Source of the DNA: a virus
Lineage: Duplodnaviria; Caudoviricetes
Reading direction: 5' to 3' (one strand)
IMG/VR virus record: IMGVR_UViG_3300037067_026422
DNA length: 64,000 bases
The translations under genes and the position numbers were made by a program. Positions 9,301 through 18,800 of the stretch are shown one piece after another; the first letter of the stretch is position 1, and every line of letters begins with the position of its first letter. The notes below the pieces were generated by a model. It saw nothing but the letters and a program-made list of their open reading frames with translations. It ran no database searches and was not told where the DNA came from.

Positions 9301-9493
9301 ACTTTCCCAAACCTACACCATCTCCAAGAATCATTCGAGAAAGAGAAAGAAGATGTACAACCCCAATGGTCTGATACCCACGAAGTTGCGTAGAGGGGTT
9401 TAGATATTTGCAGGGCTTAAGACTTGCTTTTTTGGACTGACGGAGCTTTTTGAGAAAAGCATAATTAGACGGTTTGCTGCTAACGCCAGCCAT
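6368..9493 (-). CDS. SNF2-family helicase/ATPase, intein-containing
   Basis: LRGYQ (Q motif), GDGVGLGK|T (motif I), FDEVQ (II), MSAT (III), AINLQAA and QSIGRAQRIG (V/VI). Confidence 0.95.
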   Translation of the reverse strand: MAGVSSKPSNYAFLKKLRQSKKASLKPCKYLNPSTQLRGYQTIGVVHLLSLSRMILGDGVGLGKCIDVESYIPTTNGLKKLKDLLPLDVKEDQLYSFLHALDILTMNGPQRPGAIYYCGEKDGLKITTQKGYELIGLGHHPLYVPTVDSFEYKRLDTLSVGDYACIYRGGLFSDKYVNITYEKNSTRSKGYKIPSYLDENLAELLGFYVSEGHGSREYTIVITQFDPPIHKKIRELLSSIFGYVQSENTLNYNEEITINSLEIVKIFELLGINLEARSGDQKVPDSILSSPRSVIRAFLRAYYEGNGSVEVSNGIISCSSKSQILLKQTQLLLLNFGVTSRLKKKMVSVGNERRPYFLLYFCGRDAVEFQKTIGFISNRKNEFLSQVINKKRNSNLDIISIGKPLVKQAINDIISHLKTLPEHKGFSVKGSGWKGMVGYHLKRMLEEVIYKKKGLTYELLDSFIQEIDRYNLKEIVSNYSTLKFIQDQNFYFDKIVSIEPVKAVFADFNVPVENHFIGNGFVNHNTLQMITAYAYRLMSTPNLKLLVVTAKSAMEQWKEEFERFCEGVTVHVLTNQYGKVKGVDQYGSIEELKVSGKKYKTLRGIEARKAQYNHIKAHVLICNYHVVQDDYIFLAENRGTLFQVAFDEVQEIKNSTTKTWFGANEISSKATFVYGMSATIIKNRLEEPYNIYKVIVPGLFPGKIGFNREYVIRKKMTLWQKGRKRYFNKTVGYKNLAQFKDLIDPFFLMRKTRDVASELPQLISRKLILEMSEDQEQLYRKALSGELYRKLIKEKYFKFEEYCSGRAELTEKESKTFELLKLRYEESLTKDGLLKNKIAALSYCQLVSNGPGWLGEEGESSKETEFRRLFEQELSEEKTIVFTRFKSGIKRLAHTLDELEIKHVRITGDDDSIARNNSKKLFQDMNQDCKVIFITQAGSAAINLQAAGVILYYDTPWSYGDLYQSIGRAQRIGSVREHILLLHMINKKTIDEHVLQILDSKKDLIGNVIGDIAEGAIDFKDNILFKDDEGTVDALYSSVFK
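7919..9301 (-). mobile_element. Intein (461 aa) with LAGLIDADG homing endonuclease in SNF2 Walker A motif
   Basis: Starts CIDVESYI after GLGK and ends HFIGNGFVNHN followed by Thr. Endonuclease motifs LAELLGFYVSEG and FLRAYYEGNG. Confidence 0.93.
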
Positions 9494-9708
9494 CAGGTAT
9501 CCCCCTGTTCGGATTTCCAGAAACTAACCTTCATCAGGTCATAAGACTAATCAATAAAATAAAAGCTAATCCAAAAATGACAGGCTATGCGTTAGGAGAT
9601 TTTTTCAAATTAAAAAAATTTGAAGTTATATTCGTAACCCCTTATCCACCCTAAAAATAAGTACGGGTGCTTCTTTCCTATCTCCCTGTCGAAGTTTAAC
9701 TATCAATA

Positions 9709-9737
9709 AAACTATATACAAAAAAAAGTACTGTCAA
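9709..9737 (-). promoter_or_regulatory. Candidate sigma70-type promoter for the replication operon
   Basis: Perfect TTGACA (9737-9732) followed by TATAGT at 15 nt or TAGTTT at 17 nt. Lies in the largest intergenic gap, upstream of the SNF2-loader-DnaB-ZnF-polymerase run. Confidence 0.5.
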
Positions 9738-9758
9738 CGACTTTATCTAAAATACTTT

Positions 9759-10946
9759 TTAAGGTGTCCCAAGCTGCTGAAATTGCTTCATTGCTTGAGC
9801 CATTTCATCATATTTTTTAGCTTTAGTTCGGGATTGGGTAGCTAGAGCTTTAAACTCTGCTACATCCGTCTTCGGGTTACCCCCAATACCTTTCACAGTA
9901 GTCCCCGTGGATATAGCATCCTTATTGGTCGAATCTTCCCTATACTGGGCTATAACACTCCGAGTCATCCTCTGAATATCAAATGAAAATTTTTTGACTG
10001 GTTCAGCCATAAGACTTCCTTTTGGTTGATCTATAATGTCACCTTCATTTCTTTCGGTCTTATTTTCATCCACGGGCTCAAAAATACCCCTATCCGGAGC
10101 ATTTTTGGACTTCTCTTCAAGAGGATGCTCTTGCTGTGTAGCCTGCTGCATCTTTTGAAGTGCCGGGCCTACAACTTTATTAAAAACATCCTGACCCCCC
10201 TGGTAATATCCTCCCTGAACATCATCCTCTTTAGGCTGACTTCCATCCGGCATCCGCAAACCCCCCACATTACCCTGCCCAACCCAAATTCGATACTGAT
10301 CGAACATTTGAACAAAATCTTTATACTGTTCAGCATTACCCTGTGGCATAAAACCTTTATTTATAGCCAAACGAGCTATATTAGCTGGAGGCTCCGCATT
10401 TACATAAACTGAATCACTGGAAGTATCCAGGTTAATGATCTGTCTTGATCCATCCATCTTATATATCGCAAGATCTGCCTCAATCTGTCGAGCAGGTATA
10501 AGATTATCTGGATATACTCTCTCAGTCCCTGCAGATTTTCTACCATCATTGGTGAGACCACACTCATATGCCACTACTTTTTCCTCACCGCGTGAGTATT
10601 GATTAGTGACTATAATTAACTTTTTCCATTGAAAATAATCCGCATGAAAAGCCCCAGTATTGCCCCCCTGAAGCTTCTTTATGAGAGATTCTTTCTCACC
10701 CCGAGTATCCTCTGATTCAGAATTCAAAATACTTGCTACCCCATCAAAATTGATACTCATCTCTTTTGGTGCCAAATAATAATAATATCTACGGGTATAG
10801 GGTAAAATCTGCTTTTGAGTTTCTGCCGGAACTTGTTCTTTACTTTGTGTATCAGTATCCACTGGTGGTGCCTGCTCAGGAATAGAAGTTTCCTTACCTG
10901 CCGTGAACATCCTTAACACATGATTCAAAATCTTCTTATCGACCAT
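9759..10946 (-). CDS. Hypothetical protein (possibly virion-associated)
   Basis: 395-aa ORF, GAGGT SD upstream, last gene of the structural run; no recognised domain. Confidence 0.75.
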   Translation of the reverse strand: MVDKKILNHVLRMFTAGKETSIPEQAPPVDTDTQSKEQVPAETQKQILPYTRRYYYYLAPKEMSINFDGVASILNSESEDTRGEKESLIKKLQGGNTGAFHADYFQWKKLIIVTNQYSRGEEKVVAYECGLTNDGRKSAGTERVYPDNLIPARQIEADLAIYKMDGSRQIINLDTSSDSVYVNAEPPANIARLAINKGFMPQGNAEQYKDFVQMFDQYRIWVGQGNVGGLRMPDGSQPKEDDVQGGYYQGGQDVFNKVVGPALQKMQQATQQEHPLEEKSKNAPDRGIFEPVDENKTERNEGDIIDQPKGSLMAEPVKKFSFDIQRMTRSVIAQYREDSTNKDAISTGTTVKGIGGNPKTDVAEFKALATQSRTKAKKYDEMAQAMKQFQQLGTP

Positions 10947-10949
10947 ATC

Positions 10950-13900
10950 TTAACCTCTTATAATGGGTCTACCCACCAGTTCAAAGATATCAACTACATC
11001 CCTATCAAAAAATGGGTTCAGTATATTCTTTTCATAATCTACAGTTTCACCCGCAACAACCATTAAGTATACTTTTCCCATAAGATCGGGGTTATTTTCC
11101 ATATATCCCTTCCCAGATCTTATGAATAAATAAAATTGATAAACTTTCTTATGCATAGGATCAGCCAAAATAGATACATCATTATAAGCAACATAAGGCC
11201 TACCTTCACCCACCTTATATATTGCATTACCACTGATAGTCAATTTAAAGTTATTTCTACCTCTTTTTGCTGTGGTATCCGATCCTAAAATAAAGTCATT
11301 AGTTAAAGCATTCAGGGGATCCTGAAGTTTTCTCTTGGGGGAGGTCATTATGAGATCTCCATTATCAGACCCTGATGTCAAAGGATTAGAATAGCACTTG
11401 TAATCTGTAATATCCCCTGATGACACTACGCTCAAAGCCGGTAACCTATCTACCACATTTGATATAACAGAATCAGCAACATCCAATCGTATTATCTGGT
11501 ACACAGCAGAAGATATACTATCCTCAGCATAATTTTCAGCAAGCGTAAGTCCCGTGTCTGATTCTACACTAAGTATCCTGTAACTTCTTGCAGATCCTCC
11601 TATCGCTATATAATCACCAGACGCTACATAAGCTACCCACTCTGTACTATTACCAACTACTGCCGGGGTACCCGAGACAAAAGAAACGGTACCAATAGCA
11701 TAGGTGTAGTTTACTATTCCCCCCGATCCCAGCGTAGTAATAACTCCTGGACCCTCTTCAACAACTTTTCCATAAATTGCATCACCAGTAGTATTGAGCA
11801 TACCTTGATATGGGACAGTTTTATAGTAGAAATTATAAGGAGCTTCAGTATTAGTCACATAGCTATGTACCAACACCGGCACTCTTATCGTCGGATAACT
11901 TGAAGAAACTGACACATACATAACCGTAGGCAGCATATCTTCAGTGTAGCTATCCCCACTAATAATTGGGAGGCTTCTATTTATAGCAGGATCAGAAACA
12001 AAAACTGCCTGTGTTTCTGTATTAGCCCCTGTAGCATAGTACCCAAAGGAGCCTACAACACCTGATGCCATAGATGTAGCCAATTTTATTATGGGCTTAT
12101 CTCCAGTATCAATCTTATATATACCAGGACTATCATATGTAGCGATTACCTCTATAAGTTCATATGTGTCTATTATCCCTCTACCCTGTTTGGATAATTC
12201 GAAAAACTTAACCGAATCCGCTACAGAGTAAGAATCACCCGAGTTCTGAAGGAATTTGCTACCTGTATATAAGACTATTACTAACGCTTTATTTGAGTAT
12301 CCAGAAGCTGTTATGATATAATCAGTAACAGCATAAGGAGAAGTTGTCACCAATCTTTCCACAGTAAAAATTACGGGCACCAATTCCTCTGATACTGACT
12401 GGTATACAGCTTTTACTCCAAGTATATAATGCTGTCCAAATTTACTATTAGCATCAAGAGAAATAGTTATTGTATCCGAACCGCTGGTAGTTCTGTATAA
12501 GACTAATTCATGTCCAAAATTTGATAACTCAGTATAGTTACCCCCACAGTATCTTAAGAAATCTATATCACTGATATAAGTAGGGTCCCCTGGATTACCT
12601 GGAAAACCCGACTCACCAGATGAAGCCCCAAAATTAAGAAGCTCACCAGAAATATTATGCTTTAACAAAGCATCATTATCCCGTGTAGCAATTGTAACCG
12701 TATCATTTTTTGTTATACCAAGAAATTCTTTAGGGATGTCTTTAAAACCATTTGAAGATGAGTAATATTTATAAGTAAATTCCATAAAGAGCCTATTAGA
12801 CGTACCTGTTATAGGATAGAGGCCCTCATTTGCTATAGTTATACTGACCCCATCAGTGGTAACCCCAGTTACCAAACCCTGATCTGAATAAAAATAAATT
12901 TTATTTGAATCCGGAAATTCACCATCCGGCAGAGTAACCTTTGAGGCTATCGTGAAACTACCCGCAACCCAGACTGCTCCTCCATTGGTTATCTCAACAA
13001 TATTATGGTCATGAACTATCTCAGCATTACAAAAAGCTCTCCTCTTAAAAGTTGAGGAAGCAACATCCGATCCCACTCCGATATCCGGGATATTATCCCC
13101 CCCAGGACTATTTACACGCTCAATTTTTATAAGGGTATTACCCCCAGAGCAGGCATTGGTTATTGAACCATTCTCATCAGCACCTTTTTTCAGAGTAGTA
13201 GTAAGATCCCCCGCTAATAATTTACTGATAGTTTCATCTACCAAACATTTAAGGTCGGAAGAGGTAATAATCTTATGCCTTAAATCCACGATATCATCTT
13301 TGTAAATTATATCTGATACTTTGTTATCCGGGCGATCAGATCGATATCCTTCAATCATCATCTCTTTAGTAACTTTTGTCTCATTTATTCTGGTAGCACT
13401 AAATTCCATACTGGACAAAATCCTGCGAGACACTATGCACATCGGAATGGCATACACATAACCATCTACAGTGTTAAGGTATTCTTTATTGCTCTCCGAC
13501 CCATCTCCTGCAATATATAGCCCAGGATCAGAAGACCCAAATTTTTCAAAAGTCTGAAAAGTAGCTTCTCCAGTAGTTCTTCCACCTATAGGAGATATAT
13601 TTATAAGATCAAAAATTTCTTTGGTGACATCAATAAGAGAAGAAGAAACTCTCACATGGCGTATACGGTACTGTATCTGGACTCTTTTAGTAGTTTCACA
13701 CCCTACCACATTCCATTCTATTTCATTATCAGAATACGGGTAGGTCAAAACATTACCATATGGATAGATATCATCATCAGTACCCACTAATTTCCGCCAG
13801 ACTTCCAGAAATACAAAATTATACAATTGTCCAGAGGGGGCATCAAGTCTTATAACATTATTGCTATCACTACTTTCTGTACCCTGAACAAGAATAGGCC

Positions 13901-14213
13901 ACCCATTTACTACAGCTATATTGTTATTCAAGGATACCAATTTAAAAGTATTTGCATCATAACTCTCTGAGCATATTATGCAGCCGGTTCTTGCATCTGT
14001 TTCAAGAGTACTCTGTAAGATTTCATTTGGGTACAGCCACCCTGAAGGCAAAGAAACTTTGGCGAGGTTTTGAACTTTTTCATTACCTATCTGATTTATA
14101 AGATTCCATTCCGAGGTCAAAGGAGGGTGCTTATATTGAAAGACTACATTATCAATATTCCTATCAGCAACACTGAGAACTCTATTTTGTTCACTCCCAA
14201 AGTTATCTGCCAT
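10950..14213 (-). CDS. Large virion structural protein (baseplate/fibre attachment), paralog of 33064-37464
   Basis: Shares VVFQ..P.L.SE.N, PSGWL, VNGWP, LEVWR, ET.KR.QIQYRIR, RPD and VPYQ motifs with the 1466-aa protein; beta-rich composition. Confidence 0.7.
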   Translation of the reverse strand: MADNFGSEQNRVLSVADRNIDNVVFQYKHPPLTSEWNLINQIGNEKVQNLAKVSLPSGWLYPNEILQSTLETDARTGCIICSESYDANTFKLVSLNNNIAVVNGWPILVQGTESSDSNNVIRLDAPSGQLYNFVFLEVWRKLVGTDDDIYPYGNVLTYPYSDNEIEWNVVGCETTKRVQIQYRIRHVRVSSSLIDVTKEIFDLINISPIGGRTTGEATFQTFEKFGSSDPGLYIAGDGSESNKEYLNTVDGYVYAIPMCIVSRRILSSMEFSATRINETKVTKEMMIEGYRSDRPDNKVSDIIYKDDIVDLRHKIITSSDLKCLVDETISKLLAGDLTTTLKKGADENGSITNACSGGNTLIKIERVNSPGGDNIPDIGVGSDVASSTFKRRAFCNAEIVHDHNIVEITNGGAVWVAGSFTIASKVTLPDGEFPDSNKIYFYSDQGLVTGVTTDGVSITIANEGLYPITGTSNRLFMEFTYKYYSSSNGFKDIPKEFLGITKNDTVTIATRDNDALLKHNISGELLNFGASSGESGFPGNPGDPTYISDIDFLRYCGGNYTELSNFGHELVLYRTTSGSDTITISLDANSKFGQHYILGVKAVYQSVSEELVPVIFTVERLVTTSPYAVTDYIITASGYSNKALVIVLYTGSKFLQNSGDSYSVADSVKFFELSKQGRGIIDTYELIEVIATYDSPGIYKIDTGDKPIIKLATSMASGVVGSFGYYATGANTETQAVFVSDPAINRSLPIISGDSYTEDMLPTVMYVSVSSSYPTIRVPVLVHSYVTNTEAPYNFYYKTVPYQGMLNTTGDAIYGKVVEEGPGVITTLGSGGIVNYTYAIGTVSFVSGTPAVVGNSTEWVAYVASGDYIAIGGSARSYRILSVESDTGLTLAENYAEDSISSAVYQIIRLDVADSVISNVVDRLPALSVVSSGDITDYKCYSNPLTSGSDNGDLIMTSPKRKLQDPLNALTNDFILGSDTTAKRGRNNFKLTISGNAIYKVGEGRPYVAYNDVSILADPMHKKVYQFYLFIRSGKGYMENNPDLMGKVYLMVVAGETVDYEKNILNPFFDRDVVDIFELVGRPIIRG

Positions 14214-14218
14214 GACTT

Positions 14219-15187
14219 TTATCCTACTTTATTTTTACTAATGAAATTATGTCGCATCATATCGAGAGGATATATAATTTCCTGCTCGAATCTTGGGATC
14301 TTAAGAGCAAACAGGACAAGATTCCTGTAATCCAACTTCAAATCCTCAAACATATCTTTATTTATAAACCAACTTGATGGATATGAAGTATTCTTTTTAA
14401 AAACTTCATCTATATATACAAAATTAGACAGCATCAACAAAACATTTGATACTACTGATTTTATCTTTTCAAAACTCTGAATGACATTAGGAATAAGTAC
14501 AGTATTAACTACCTTCTTCTCCTCATCGCATACATCAAACAGAGTCATATTTAACTTATGTGTAAGTCTATCAATAGACTTTAATATCATACTTATATAA
14601 AATTCAAGCTTATCCCAATCCTCATCCTCTTCAACACCATTTCTTAGGTTTATTATAACCTGCTGGGTTTGCTTTGCCCCCCACATAGTATTAATCAATC
14701 GACCGTGAGTTAAAGACAAGACATCTTCACGACATACCTTCAAAGTCTCATTTATATCATGTAATGCCTGTGCAAATTCCTTTAGTTTAATAAGAAACCT
14801 ATCTGGGGCAAAGACTTCTTCCAGATCAAACTTAACCGGATGATTATGTGGAATCTCCATGGATTGATTTATAATCTTTACTGAAGAATCAAGCCCACTC
14901 TTTAATTTATTGATGATAGTGTTGGATATCTTTGAATCAGCACTGATGTAATATTCCATAGGCTTTGATGGATTAGTTTCTATGCTGTTCAATACTAAAT
15001 CTTTTACCAGATGTGCTATTTTTTCAAAACCTGCCCCTAATTTACTACAATCAAATAACTCACACCCATCTACAGAAATATTTGATTTTTTACCATTGGA
15101 AGTAAGATCAAAAGACCTATTGCCCACTTTGAACTGGGCAATAATGATATTATTAGAAACCTTAATATTAGTCAGCAAATGCTTCAT
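14219..15187 (-). CDS. Hypothetical protein (helical C-terminal half)
   Basis: 322-aa ORF tightly packed in the operon. Confidence 0.75.
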   Translation of the reverse strand: MKHLLTNIKVSNNIIIAQFKVGNRSFDLTSNGKKSNISVDGCELFDCSKLGAGFEKIAHLVKDLVLNSIETNPSKPMEYYISADSKISNTIINKLKSGLDSSVKIINQSMEIPHNHPVKFDLEEVFAPDRFLIKLKEFAQALHDINETLKVCREDVLSLTHGRLINTMWGAKQTQQVIINLRNGVEEDEDWDKLEFYISMILKSIDRLTHKLNMTLFDVCDEEKKVVNTVLIPNVIQSFEKIKSVVSNVLLMLSNFVYIDEVFKKNTSYPSSWFINKDMFEDLKLDYRNLVLFALKIPRFEQEIIYPLDMMRHNFISKNKVG

Positions 15188-15189
15188 AT

Positions 15190-15777
15190 TTATGATGTAA
15201 TCCTGAATATCACCGTGACACTCATTGTCGAGGTCTTATTCACTACAGGAAATGTACGCCAGTTAATCATCGTACCAGAATTTACTTCAGAAGTAGCGTC
15301 CCCACCGAACAAACCCATCTCCACAATCGGACCTACTGCTTCACCCTCACCTAAAGTCACAGCATAATCTACAATGTTCGTATAGGCACTTGTAGGCTCT
15401 CCAGTCTCAGGGTGTACGAAGGTGGACAAATCAATAGCCTTACGATAGAACTCATTCTCCAGATATATCTGGGAGGTTGTAGGAGCTGGTGGATCAAATA
15501 AATCCCATTCCCCACTCCCACTACCAATTGCCAGGTAAGATATTCCTCGCTGTGGCTCTGTGTTGTTCTTGAGAAGACGTGCAATGAGTATCGAAGCAGT
15601 ATTAACTATGATATTTGTATGATGGTAACTATATACCAGCTTACCTTCCTGAGCCATATCATATGCCTTGAGGATTAACTCACCCTTTAATCCCGGGACA
15701 TCCTCCTTCTCATGCATCACAGAATTAAACTTAAACATATTCAAGACTCTTTTGGTTTTTTCTTTGAAAAAGCTCAT
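15190..15777 (-). CDS. Phage tail-collar/baseplate fibre-attachment-like protein
   Basis: NIIVN...YLAIGSG...P.P....LENEFYRK...EMGLF...RTFP..NK pattern, typical of tail-fibre N-terminal/collar domains. Confidence 0.65.
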   Translation of the reverse strand: MSFFKEKTKRVLNMFKFNSVMHEKEDVPGLKGELILKAYDMAQEGKLVYSYHHTNIIVNTASILIARLLKNNTEPQRGISYLAIGSGSGEWDLFDPPAPTTSQIYLENEFYRKAIDLSTFVHPETGEPTSAYTNIVDYAVTLGEGEAVGPIVEMGLFGGDATSEVNSGTMINWRTFPVVNKTSTMSVTVIFRITS

Positions 15778-15846
15778 GGTAAATCCTTCTGGTGTTTTAC
15801 ACTTTACCCCATAAAAAGCAAAATATATTGATAGATTATTAAAATC

Positions 15847-18800
15847 TTAGAATATAGGAACAAGCTGTTGTATTTCTGTTATCTGAACTAAATCATCGTG
15901 TCTAAGCTCACGTATTAACATCTTATTAATCTTATAACTGGAATCGTTTAAGTGATATTCAGGTCGTTCTACCACAGGATTAGACAATCTTCTAATATCA
16001 TCATGCTCATTAGCAGTCAATAATATAAGACCTTTAGGATAAGACCCTGCCGGGGCACTCAAAGATACCAACTCTACAGAAGTAATAAGGGTACCTGAGA
16101 ATCTTATTTCCCGAAGGGATGCTGAGCTAACTTCCCAGAATGTCATAAGGATATTATCCCCTATATCATCACCAGTTAAGATAGGATCTTCCTCTATTAT
16201 CCCAGAAGGGGTCAAATTAACAATCATCATGTCCTGATCAAAGTTCCTCCACTGTACCCGATACTCTGCTTCACTATAAGAGATATATGCCCCGGTATCT
16301 CCAGAAGGAATCGTATAGACATCATAGGCATCTACTGTTCTTGGATTCGGATATTCAACAGGACCTGTGATTCCAAGATTAAGAGCTCCTACTGGTCCTG
16401 TTACCCCTACCATACCAGTAAAGCCATAGGTTCTTCCTTCAGCATCTATTATGTTGGATGTATTTACTATCCCAGTTACACCTTTCGAACGATTAGTGAT
16501 GTATGTCTTACCATCTATGATAGAAGGCTCTATATCATAGTAAGAAACTGAAGGGTGACCTATCCAAGGATTATCAGGATTTCGAGGATATGGATCAGGA
16601 TCCGGATCAGGAAAAGTTATTGTATACCCTTCAGGATAGTGAGCTATTTGATCTGCAGATAAACCATAATTAAATCCTATTTTATTATTCAGCACCAGTA
16701 ATCTATTTACCTTATCCAGGTATACATCTACTGCATAAGTTTTACTTCTGGTAAGTATATAGTCATATTCACCCGATGTACCACTATAAGGTTTGCTTAA
16801 TCTCCCCGTCTCAAAGTCAATTATTTCTATAAGAGTCCCATTAACATCTTTATAAACTGTCTCCCAATGTCCCGTACCTATCGGACCTACCCACTCCCTA
16901 AAGGGAACATTTTTAAGAGTTAATAGATCTCCAATATTAAGCGATCTGAAATTAACCGTCTTACTCTTTATAATTACAGAACCTTTAATTACATTCACCT
17001 GACCATATCTCAACTCTGTTGGCACCTGATTTATAAAATCAAGATAATCATTCGTACGAAGCTCCCGATCCGGGTAATACTGTTCGATATATGTAAATTG
17101 GAAGGGAATCGATGAACCCGAGTCATCTATAGTAGCTAATGGTGCATCATACCCAGTATTGGTGTGCTCCACTATCTTGAGATCAGAATAAAGATTAATC
17201 TTATTTTTATCCGTAAATTCGCAGATAGAATTGTAATCAATAATCCCGGAGTTGTCTGGTTCAATAATTGAAAAGGATGCCCATAAATCCATACCCCCCT
17301 CAAAATCTGGATCATATGTCTCATGCTCATCTGCAATAATAAGTGTCTTATGATGCCCATCATCTGTGTATGTTTTAGCAAATATAGGAGTACCCGGATT
17401 CAAGGTTGTAACTGCAGGGAGATCCTTATAAAGATACTTGTCATTCAGGATTATATTTCTATCCTGATCCTGAAGATACTCAGGGCTGTACACCAATCCA
17501 AACCTGCTTATATTACTTGGTCCTGTATTAAATGAAGCCTTATCCCCATATCTCTGATAATCATTAAGAACAAATCTCTCTGAATTAAGTACAGAAGAGT
17601 TTGATAAACTAAAAGCCCTATACCGATACCCTATCTTAAGCAGCTCCTCAAAATCCCAGTAAGGTTGATCAAATACATCTGGATTCTGGTCCACCAGAAG
17701 ACTATATCTGTTTACAGAGCTATAAATAGTATCCGGGGTATAAGAACTGGAGCCATAACGCTCACTATCCACATCTATAGGAGCATCAGGCATCATTAAA
17801 TAATTTCTTTTCTGACTCGTGTAATAATAGTCAAACTTTATATAACTGTTCACGGGAGGCAAAAAATTAACTCTCACATGACCTAACAAAGGTCTTACAT
17901 CCGTTATAGCTCCAGGAAGTTCATTAAATCTCAGGATAGTATAGGAATACTCTGCACCCAGTGTGGGTAATCGATTTGGAACTATACAAGTATTAGACAA
18001 TAAATCTACTGATTCAACATAATAGATATGAGTACTATCAAGATAATTGGGTATAGTAATAACAATCGTATCTCCATCTGCTACATCCACCCAATCTACT
18101 CCCAAACTCTCAAGTGTAGTCTTATTGGTCTCAATATTAATATTGATGACCCTCAGAGTCCCGGAAGCTATCGATGAACCCACCTTCACCAAGATTTCTT
18201 TAGAGGTAGCCAATTCTCCACGTTGATTCAATATCGGAAACTTATCCATCTGATAATCAAGATCATTCCCATATAACTCGGGATTACTTACATCAAAAGG
18301 CCAGACCAACCTTGAAACATTACCCGTACCAATGACCGTCAATATCCCCGGGAGATCCCCCGAAACCGGACTCGGTATATCACTTCTGATTTGCTTTAAA
18401 TAATAAACAGAATCAGGATACCTTTTTGCATAATAATAATCTATCCTGAGCTTACTATCAAAAGGGGGTATGAAATTAAGCCCTATGATCCCTCCCCAAG
18501 GATCAAGATAAGCAACGGCATCAATTATAAGTCTTCCATTGAGATATACAATGATATCCTCTATACTTGCTACTTCACCGGCACTATTGAGCATGGGAAG
18601 AAGTGGCATAATATAAGTATTGGGCTCATAAGACAGATAATACCAGGCACCCACATCAAAAGCACCCTCTGGGGGATCAGTTACCTCAAACTCATGACTT
18701 ATGTTAAAAAATCCTGAGGTCAACTGAATATCAGGCCATGGAAAATATTTTCTGGTATCCTCATAAAAATTTTCCAGTACACAATTAGCTTTCTGATCAC

